Source of the DNA: a virus
Taxonomy: Duplodnaviria; Caudoviricetes
IMG/VR virus record: IMGVR_UViG_3300032290_000244
Coordinates: 1-30,870 of that record
Strand: one strand, 5' to 3'
DNA: 30,870 nucleotides
In this document: in pieces, positions 24,127-30,870 of the stretch
How the letters are laid out: each line of letters opens with the position of its first letter
Numbering within the stretch: position 1 is the stretch's first letter
Translations under genes and position numbers: made by a program
Notes under the pieces: model-generated
Told to the model about the DNA's origin: nothing
What the model saw: the letters and a program-made list of their open reading frames with translations, nothing else
The model's database searches: none

Positions 24127-27100
24127 ATGCCTTACGACCCTCTCAACTTTGCCAATAAGCCTGATTACCTTTCCGATATCCCTAAAGACGAGTACGCGCT
24201 TCAGTTGGCTGAAGAGGAACTAAAGGCAGATCAGGCTCAAATCGGTGAACTAAATAAAGCACAACAAAACGTAGATCAACAAGATCAGCAGCAACAAGTC
24301 GCCCAACAACAGCAAGATCAAAAGGCAGCAAAACTTGATTCTGAATCGTCTGCTCTAAATCTTGGTGACATTGGCAATAAGGTAAAAGATTTTGTCGGCG
24401 CCTCTGTACAGCCAGTTCAAGAGATCGGTACTGCCCTTGGTGGTGGCATGATTGATTTTGTTGAGGATGTTGGCACTCGTACTGGTGCTAAGTGGTTGCA
24501 ACTTGATGACCGGTATGAAACTCAAAACAAAACTGAATACGGTAAAGCACTACGTAGTATTGTCAGCGTTGTTGGACCTAACCTAGTCGCTTTACTTGCG
24601 CTTAAGCGTGGTGTTAATGGTTTTGCTAAGAACTGGCCTGGTATCAGCTCATTAACAAAACTGAATGCCCCTACCAAAGCTGGCCTTGAGGTGGCAGCTA
24701 GTGCTGGAATTGGTGTTGCTGTTGATGCTATATCACGTGAATCTGAAGATCGAAACCTAACAGGTACTCTTAAAGAAGAGTTCCCCTCAGTGTTTAGTTG
24801 GATTCCTGACAATATCGCTACACTTGATACTGACTCACCTGATGTCAAACGTACAAAGAACATCCTTGAAGGCTTTGGCCTTGGTGGAATTCTTGACGGT
24901 GTCGGTTACTTAGCAAAAGCAGCTAAACCAGCTATTCAAGGTTTGTTGCCTGGCACAAAGATTGTGCCTCTGGATGACACTGCCAAAGCTTCTATTGCCA
25001 AGGAAGCTGAACAACTCAAACCTCTTACTGGTAATCCCGCTGTTGATTACGTAGGCAGAAACGTAGAAGCGCGAGAAGCTCATGAAACAGCTTCTGTAAT
25101 GGATGAATTCCAACGGAACCCTAATCCACAAAACCCAACGCCACGAATGAATCCTGATCTCTTCAATCAACACGAGACAGGAATCTCAGGTATCCGACCA
25201 AATGCTGTTCGTAGGGGAATGGTCGATGCTGGTCGTATACATACCAACACTGACACTGTCAATGGTGTCATTGAAAACATCGTATCAGAACCTGCACTTC
25301 GTGAAGGGCTTGATGCTGCATCCCAAGGGAAACGTCCTGTTATTGAGATGGTTGCTAATAGCATTCGTGATTCAGGCAAGTTTAAAGCTGTCACTCAGCT
25401 TGGTAAGGAGATCGATCCACGAACCATGGATGAGGGCATGCTTTCTATGTACAAGCAGATTATTGATCCCAATAACAAGCTTGACGATATTAGTGATGTC
25501 TTTATTGATGAGAAGTTCATTAACAATAACTTCAAAGTTGATGGCAAAGGCATTGAGCAAATCACTGATCGTGCCTACACCACCTCAATGCTTGCTGTCC
25601 GTCGGTTGATGGATGACTACATGAGTGCCGAGAATGCAAAAGCAGCAGCGCTTACTATCAATAGTGTTGCTGGTGAAGTTGCTGATCTTTCGCACGGTGT
25701 CAAGATCTTTGGTAACGACATTGATACTGGTGAAGTCCAACAGCGGATTCTTGATAAAGTCGAGTTCCTACTGAATGAGACATGGGTCAACTCCTATGCC
25801 TCAGGTATGGCTTTACGTAATAAGGGTTTCTGGGCGCAAGCTAAGAACGTTGCCGATCTCGGTCGTATTGCTAAGGAAGCTCACGCCGATATTACTGACA
25901 AGTTTGCCAAGAAGGCAACACAAAACAAAGAGTTCGTTGATAACCTGCGTACTATTTCACGTGAGAATCCCGAATATCTTAAACCACTGATGGAAGCATA
26001 CGACCTCACCAATGGTGATGTTCGTACTATCTCCGCTCTCAATGGTTGGTTTAGCAAGCATCTTAGTCCTGCTGGCCTCATCACTAAAGGCTTTATCGAC
26101 AATGACCCAAGTATGCCGAATTTTGTGCAGCAGGGTCTATGGAGCACTATCTATAACTCCATCCTCTCTTCAACCAGCACCTTTACTAGCGCCTGGTTTG
26201 GTAACGCAGCTCTGATTGTTTCAAAACCTTTTACTCAACTACTGGGTACGGGCCTTGACCACAAGCAACTGCAACGTTGGTGGATTCAATACGGTGCTTT
26301 AGGGGACTCATTCCAAAATGCAATGAGTTATGCACGTCTTCAAACTCAAAAGATCATCGATGACCCAGTTAAGTACGGAAACATTGATCGTCCTGACTTT
26401 GCAATCATGGATGAAGACCGGTGGATGGTTCTTGAGAACATTGCCAATGCAAGAGCTGTTAAAGGTGAAAGCGGTCCAATGCACATGTATCGCGTTGCTA
26501 AAGCTATTCGTGACTTTAACAACTCTAAATGGGTTCGCTATAGTGCCAACCTGATGTCAAGTGGGGATGCTTTTACTAGGGCATTCCTTGGCTCTGCTCA
26601 ATCCAGAGCACGTGCATACACCGAGCTGCTTGACCGTGGTGGTGATGTTTCTGCAGCTTCGCTTAAGCAGGCTTCTGAGCGTATATACAAGGAGATGTTT
26701 GATCAAGATGGCATTATCCGTGATGAAATAGTTGATTTCCAAACCAAGGAAATCGCTATGTCTTTGGACAATCCTCTCTCCAATGCAGTTACTGGATTAA
26801 CCACGGCTATGCCAATCCTCAAGTCATTCATCTTGTTTCCCCGTACTACCACCAACATGCTTGGTATGGGCTTTAGGTATTCACCATTAGGTGCCTTGCA
26901 TAAAGACTTTCTGATGGCAGTACGGCCTACACAAGCAACCAAAGAACAGATTTCAGAATTTATGGCTGCTCGTGGTATCACCAACTATAGCTTTAACGAC
27001 TGGCTCGACGCTGCTGCTGAAACCCGTGGTCGTGTAGCTACTGGTGCAATCACCCTGTTTGCAGCTAATCAGCTTCTTCTCCAAGGAGCGTTGACCGGTA

Positions 27101-28104
27101 GTCCACCAGCTGATAAAGAACAACGTCGTTCTATGGAGAAGGCGATGGGTGGTGCGTATTGGAATTCAGTCAAGATCGGTAATCAATGGTTTAGTCATGC
27201 CTGGATGGGACCTATGTCCAGTGTTCTTACAATGGCCGCCGATACTGCCAATCTTTTCTGGACTAATCCCAACGAAGCTATCCTTGAGAATATTCACGGT
27301 AAAATCCTTTATTCCGTTGGTCTAAATATTACCAACAAATCTTGGACACAGGGTCTTGCTTCTTTCTTTGATCTTACCAGTGGTAATAAGGCTGCGCTGA
27401 ACCGTTGGATTGCCAATACTGGAAACTCAATCATTCCTTTTGCTGGTGCTCGTGGTCAAGTAGGTCGAGTCTACGATCCAGCTCTTCGGGAAGTGGAAGA
27501 CGATATTGGTCAGCTCATGCGTAACCGCAACCCTCTGATGGATGTCTTTGATCCAAATGGAAAGCTGCCATATGCTCGAGACATCATGGATGGTTCAATC
27601 CTGAACAACCATAATCTTCTTGTTCGACTTCTTAACTCATCTACTCCAATTAAGGTCAACACAGATAAGATGACTCCAGGTCGTCAGCTTCTAATTGATG
27701 CTGGCTATAACGCTGTTCCAGCCCTTACTAAATATCACGGCAGTCCAGAAAAGTATACCCATGAGCAACGTAGCAAACTTGCTGGTTACATGGGGATCTA
27801 CGGCAATATTGAAGGCCAACTTGAAGAGCTCACAAAGAAACCTTGGGTACAGCAAGAACTAGCAGCAATTAAAGATGCTCGAATGAAGAATATCGATAGC
27901 AAAGAACTTGATTTCGGTACTGGTAATCTCCACCGTGAGATTGACCGCATCTTCCTTCAAGCAAAGCAATTCGCTGAAGCAAAGCTTCTTAACGAGAACC
28001 CTCAGATGCGTGACGCAGGTTTTGCTAAAGGTCAACGCGAAATGCAACTACGTACTGGTCAAGATATTCAGAAAATCATCAATTATCACAGACAAGGTAG
28101 TTAA
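24127..28104 (+). CDS. Large internal virion/ejection protein (T7 gp16-like)
   Basis: 1325 aa, alpha-helical, between gp15 and the tail fibre. Contains the LFPRTTTN segment. No recognisable SLT motif. Confidence 0.8.
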   Translation: MPYDPLNFANKPDYLSDIPKDEYALQLAEEELKADQAQIGELNKAQQNVDQQDQQQQVAQQQQDQKAAKLDSESSALNLGDIGNKVKDFVGASVQPVQEIGTALGGGMIDFVEDVGTRTGAKWLQLDDRYETQNKTEYGKALRSIVSVVGPNLVALLALKRGVNGFAKNWPGISSLTKLNAPTKAGLEVAASAGIGVAVDAISRESEDRNLTGTLKEEFPSVFSWIPDNIATLDTDSPDVKRTKNILEGFGLGGILDGVGYLAKAAKPAIQGLLPGTKIVPLDDTAKASIAKEAEQLKPLTGNPAVDYVGRNVEAREAHETASVMDEFQRNPNPQNPTPRMNPDLFNQHETGISGIRPNAVRRGMVDAGRIHTNTDTVNGVIENIVSEPALREGLDAASQGKRPVIEMVANSIRDSGKFKAVTQLGKEIDPRTMDEGMLSMYKQIIDPNNKLDDISDVFIDEKFINNNFKVDGKGIEQITDRAYTTSMLAVRRLMDDYMSAENAKAAALTINSVAGEVADLSHGVKIFGNDIDTGEVQQRILDKVEFLLNETWVNSYASGMALRNKGFWAQAKNVADLGRIAKEAHADITDKFAKKATQNKEFVDNLRTISRENPEYLKPLMEAYDLTNGDVRTISALNGWFSKHLSPAGLITKGFIDNDPSMPNFVQQGLWSTIYNSILSSTSTFTSAWFGNAALIVSKPFTQLLGTGLDHKQLQRWWIQYGALGDSFQNAMSYARLQTQKIIDDPVKYGNIDRPDFAIMDEDRWMVLENIANARAVKGESGPMHMYRVAKAIRDFNNSKWVRYSANLMSSGDAFTRAFLGSAQSRARAYTELLDRGGDVSAASLKQASERIYKEMFDQDGIIRDEIVDFQTKEIAMSLDNPLSNAVTGLTTAMPILKSFILFPRTTTNMLGMGFRYSPLGALHKDFLMAVRPTQATKEQISEFMAARGITNYSFNDWLDAAAETRGRVATGAITLFAANQLLLQGALTGSPPADKEQRRSMEKAMGGAYWNSVKIGNQWFSHAWMGPMSSVLTMAADTANLFWTNPNEAILENIHGKILYSVGLNITNKSWTQGLASFFDLTSGNKAALNRWIANTGNSIIPFAGARGQVGRVYDPALREVEDDIGQLMRNRNPLMDVFDPNGKLPYARDIMDGSILNNHNLLVRLLNSSTPIKVNTDKMTPGRQLLIDAGYNAVPALTKYHGSPEKYTHEQRSKLAGYMGIYGNIEGQLEELTKKPWVQQELAAIKDARMKNIDSKELDFGTGNLHREIDRIFLQAKQFAEAKLLNENPQMRDAGFAKGQREMQLRTGQDIQKIINYHRQGS

Positions 28105-28109
28105 GCCCA

Positions 28110-29807
28110 ATGGCCATCACTGAGAATACATATACAGGGAATGGTTCCACGCGAATCTATTCTTTCACTTTTCCATATCTAGAAACAACTGATATCAAGG
28201 CTAGCCTGAATGGTGTTGTCACCACGGCATACACCTTTACCAATGCTACGACAATTCAGTTCAATACAGCTCCAGCCAACGGTGTTGCAATTAGGATTTA
28301 TCGGCAGACTGATGATGATCAGACACAAGCTGAGTTCTATCCAGGGTCTGCTATTCGTTCTCAAGACCTGAATGATAACTTCCTTCAGTCGTTGTATGTA
28401 GCGCAGGAGACGCGTAGGGATTCATTTGCTGCAAGTGCCAACGTACAGCAGGGTGTGCAAGATGCAGCACTTGCCCTGTCGAACAGTCAAACTGCCATTA
28501 CAACTGCTAATGCTGCAACGGTAACGGCAAACTCTGCTGCCTCTTCTGTAAGCACGGCAAACACAACAGCAAATACGGCATTAACTACTGCCAACAGTGC
28601 TGTCACCACCGCCAACTCAGCTGTAAGTACTGCTAGTTCTGCGGTGACAACTGCTAATAATGCAGTCTCCACAGCTAACAGTGCAGTCACCACGGCTAAC
28701 ACTGCTAACAGCAATGCTACATCAGCTGTCAACACTGCCAACACCGCTAACAATACTTCAAACTCTGCACTAGCACTGGTATCGTCTATTGTTGATTATA
28801 CGATCATTGCTAACGTAGCAGCGATCCCAGCATCACCTGCTAACAATACTGGTGTTGAGTTACTTGATAGTACTTCTATTCAGTCGTTTACACCACTGAC
28901 TGGTGTTCCAGCTGGCTTTGTTGGTTCATCAGCACTGCGGGTTAAGATCAAATATACGACTACTGGTAGCACTTGGCAGTGGATCTCATATACAGCTGCT
29001 GATCCTGAAACACGTTATGTGAAGGCTATTGGTAGTGCAATGACTGGTCAGCTTCTTGCTGAACCATCTGCTCTTGCTTCTACACCTGGTCTTGCTTTCA
29101 GTGGTGATGCAAATACTGGTATTGGTCATCCTGGTGGTGATCAACTTTCACTCATCACTGCAGGTGTAGTACGGCTTAGCTTTGATGCTGCTGGTAATGC
29201 AACATTTGTCAATCCAGTAACCATCCCAACTGGTTCTACTGTTACTGGTTACCTTACGAGTGCTACAGCTGCTAGCACTTACCAACCAATCAGCAGTATG
29301 TCATCTTATTTGACAACTGCTAACGCTGCTAGTACATACCAGTCTCAAGCAGCTATGACTAACTACCTCACCACTGCTACTGCTGGTACTACGTATCAGA
29401 CCATAGCTGGTATGAGTAGTTACCTTACTACTGCTACAGCATCTAGTACGTATCTTACACAAGCAAACGCAAGTTCTACGTATCTTACTTCTGCTACAGC
29501 AGCTACTACGTATGATCCTAAGTTTGTACATACTAGCACTTCAGCTAATGTCACTATTGCTGCTAATGCATGGGTTAGTGTACTGACATCTGGTCTGCAA
29601 ATCACACTTCCCGCTAGCCCAACCGATGGGATGCAAGTACGCATTAGTGTTGGAAGCTTTACTGATACTGTCGTCTTGGCAAATGGTAATAGAATTATGA
29701 ATGATCCATCTAACTTGACTATTGATGTTGCAAATGCAACAGTAACACTTGTGTATGACAATACGACACTGACTCCTGCTCCTGTTTTTGGTTGGAGGAT
29801 TATCTGA
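28110..29807 (+). CDS. Tail fibre protein (T7 gp17-like N-terminal anchor)
   Basis: YTGNGS...FTFPYL...IRIYRQT...F.PGS.IRSQDLNDNF.QSLYVAQE anchor domain, followed by Ala/Thr/Asn repeats. Confidence 0.93.
   Translation: MAITENTYTGNGSTRIYSFTFPYLETTDIKASLNGVVTTAYTFTNATTIQFNTAPANGVAIRIYRQTDDDQTQAEFYPGSAIRSQDLNDNFLQSLYVAQETRRDSFAASANVQQGVQDAALALSNSQTAITTANAATVTANSAASSVSTANTTANTALTTANSAVTTANSAVSTASSAVTTANNAVSTANSAVTTANTANSNATSAVNTANTANNTSNSALALVSSIVDYTIIANVAAIPASPANNTGVELLDSTSIQSFTPLTGVPAGFVGSSALRVKIKYTTTGSTWQWISYTAADPETRYVKAIGSAMTGQLLAEPSALASTPGLAFSGDANTGIGHPGGDQLSLITAGVVRLSFDAAGNATFVNPVTIPTGSTVTGYLTSATAASTYQPISSMSSYLTTANAASTYQSQAAMTNYLTTATAGTTYQTIAGMSSYLTTATASSTYLTQANASSTYLTSATAATTYDPKFVHTSTSANVTIAANAWVSVLTSGLQITLPASPTDGMQVRISVGSFTDTVVLANGNRIMNDPSNLTIDVANATVTLVYDNTTLTPAPVFGWRII
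28491..28770 (+). repeat. Coding heptad repeat (ANSAVTT-like) in the tail fibre
   Basis: ANTALTT ANSAVTT ANSAVST ASSAVTT ANNAVST ANSAVTT ANTANSN ATSAVNT ANTANNT; 21-nt period with degenerate third positions. Confidence 0.85.
29250..29513 (+). repeat. Coding YLT-x-A-x-A repeats in the tail fibre (3 x 19 aa, then 3 x 10 aa)
   Basis: YLTSATAASTYQPISSMSS YLTTANAASTYQSQAAMTN YLTTATAGTTYQTIAGMSS YLTTATASST YLTQANASST YLTSATAATT Y. Confidence 0.85.
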
Positions 29808-30100
29808 TGAGTACTCTTACACAATTTGCCAGCGGTAGTATTAAAAGTATCCAACGCGGTATAATCGCAATTACCACGCCAAATACTGGTTCTGCAACAG
29901 CAACTATTACAGCAGTAAATACCGCAAAGAGTTCACTCTCTTATCTTGGACAGACTGGATATTATGGTGCAACTGCTACAGAGGGTATTAGTAATATGAG
30001 AATTGCATTGACTAATTCAACCACTATTACTGCCTCGTGTACGTCTTCTGCGGCTCTAACTAACTTGATTGTCTCCTACGAATTAGTGGAGTATAACTGA
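29807..30100 (+). CDS. Small tail-fibre-associated protein (IKSIQRG...WxVVE/YxLVE type)
   Basis: TGATG coupling to the fibre gene. MSTLTQF..GSIKSIQRG...TITAVNTAKS...LTNSTTITA...VSYELVEY. Confidence 0.75.
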   Translation: MSTLTQFASGSIKSIQRGIIAITTPNTGSATATITAVNTAKSSLSYLGQTGYYGATATEGISNMRIALTNSTTITASCTSSAALTNLIVSYELVEYN

Positions 30101-30101
30101 T

Positions 30102-30275
30102 ATGGTCTATTACTACGCTGAAATTAATCAAGACTCTATTTGTTTCGCAGTCCTGCAAACACATTCCCAGCTGACGCAACCATCGATGATTTCTATTGAC
30201 TCCTATGATGAGTCATATCTATTTAAACGTTGGACAGGCTCTACATGGGAAGAAGTACTACCTCCCATTGAATAA
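30102..30275 (+). CDS. Putative tail fibre assembly/chaperone-like small protein, 57 aa (MVYYYAEINQDSICFAV...YDESYLFKRWTGSTWEEVLPPIE)
   Basis: Read manually. ATG lies 1 nt after the previous stop. YA.I...IC.AV and W.G..WE patterns are typical of small genes following fibres. Confidence 0.65.
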   Translation: MVYYYAEINQDSICFAVLQTHSQLTQPSMISIDSYDESYLFKRWTGSTWEEVLPPIE

Positions 30276-30295
30276 ACATAATCACATCTATTACC

Positions 30296-30553
30296 ATGCC
30301 AGTTTCTAAACCAGACTATTCGACAGGTCTATCTACTTCTACTACGTTGGATGTAGGTACGTATTCCTTGACTCAAGTAGCAGAGGGACTTAGCATCCCT
30401 AAACATGACTATATCTTTTTGTCTAACTATACAGCTGGTGGTAATCCACAGCTTATTGTATACCGTAGCGGTGGTTCGTCTGGTGTAATTGTAGCACAGT
30501 TGACTCTTACCTATGACGGTAGTGGGAACTTGACTTCCGTTCAAAGGACCTGA
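30296..30553 (+). CDS. Small putative structural protein
   Basis: 85-aa ORF with GLSIPKHDYI...YRSGGSSG..VAQLTLTYDGSGNLTSV, within the tail module. Confidence 0.7.
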   Translation: MPVSKPDYSTGLSTSTTLDVGTYSLTQVAEGLSIPKHDYIFLSNYTAGGNPQLIVYRSGGSSGVIVAQLTLTYDGSGNLTSVQRT

Positions 30554-30555
30554 TT

Positions 30556-30870
30556 ATGGCACTACAATTTAACCCATTTACTGGTACGTTTGACGTTACC
30601 GTTAAAGGTGATACAGGAGATACGGGTACAGTATCTGCTGCAGGTGATGGTACTGCTGCGGCGCCTGGCATTTCCTTCACAAGTGATCCTAACTCAGGAA
30701 TCTATCGAGTTAGTGAAGATGTTCTTGGTGTATCTACAGGTGGTGTTGGGCGCCTGTTCGTTGATGCAAGTGGTCGATTATTGGTTGGGACAAATCAAAG
30801 CCTTGCTGATCTTGTGGGTGGTAGCGGTGTAAATTTACAGCTCACTGGATCTACTTATCAAACCTCATCA
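30556..30870 (+). CDS. Second tail fibre/spike-like protein, 3' end outside window (MALQFNPFTGTFDVTVKGDTGDTG...)
   Basis: ATG at 30556, open to the window end. Contains GTAAAPGISFTSDPNSGIY...STGGVGRLFVDASGRLLVG, a fibre module. Absent from the ORF track because there is no stop in the window. Confidence 0.8.
   Translation, partial: MALQFNPFTGTFDVTVKGDTGDTGTVSAAGDGTAAAPGISFTSDPNSGIYRVSEDVLGVSTGGVGRLFVDASGRLLVGTNQSLADLVGGSGVNLQLTGSTYQTSS

Noticed and set aside
28487-28770. Ala/Thr-rich repeat as an antifreeze-like protein, and its antisense ORF 28487..28753
   Set aside because: The period is 7, typical of phage fibre coiled coils, not the 11 of type I antifreeze proteins. The antisense ORF is a by-product of the repeat.
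234-30544. Numerous other 60-170 aa alternative-frame and minus-strand ORFs in the track
   Set aside because: They lie within well-supported genes and lack motifs, RBSs or translational coupling. They are expected by chance.
30590-30832. 80-aa ORF from the track
   Set aside because: It is a shadow frame of the real fibre-like ORF that starts at ATG 30556 and runs off the window.
1-30870. CRISPR arrays, tRNAs, integrase, introns/inteins, psbA/hli/talC
   Set aside because: I saw no spaced direct repeats, cloverleaf, recombinase motifs, intein/intron-sized insertions in core genes or photosystem genes in this window. They could lie outside it.

Overview
This window is the central ~31 kb of a T7-like podovirus genome (Autographiviridae), and all real genes are on the + strand. 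It is almost certainly a cyanopodophage of a phycobilisome-bearing host (Synechococcus/Cyanobium type), judged from an nblA-like gene and a cyanophage-type minimal class I ribonucleotide reductase. Gene order: single-subunit RNA polymerase (5'-truncated), SSB, endonuclease I, primase/helicase, a family A DNA polymerase split into exonuclease and polymerase ORFs, an overprinted EndoVII-type homing endonuclease, 5'-3' exonuclease, NblA, DUF3310, MazG-like pyrophosphatase, RNR alpha and beta, portal, scaffold, RlpA-like lytic transglycosylase, major capsid, two small structural genes, a terminator, tail tube A and B, three internal virion proteins and tail fibre genes (last one 3'-truncated). Several short ORFs missing from the supplied track are translationally coupled to neighbours. 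The most notable points are the split polymerase with altered conserved motifs (HDE to HDA) beside a homing endonuclease, the doubly overprinted nblA, structured non-coding leaders flanking rlpA and the capsid gene with a 14-aa K/G peptide, and a gp15 ejection protein with two peptidoglycan hydrolase domains. All calls come from motif recognition by eye; no searches were run.
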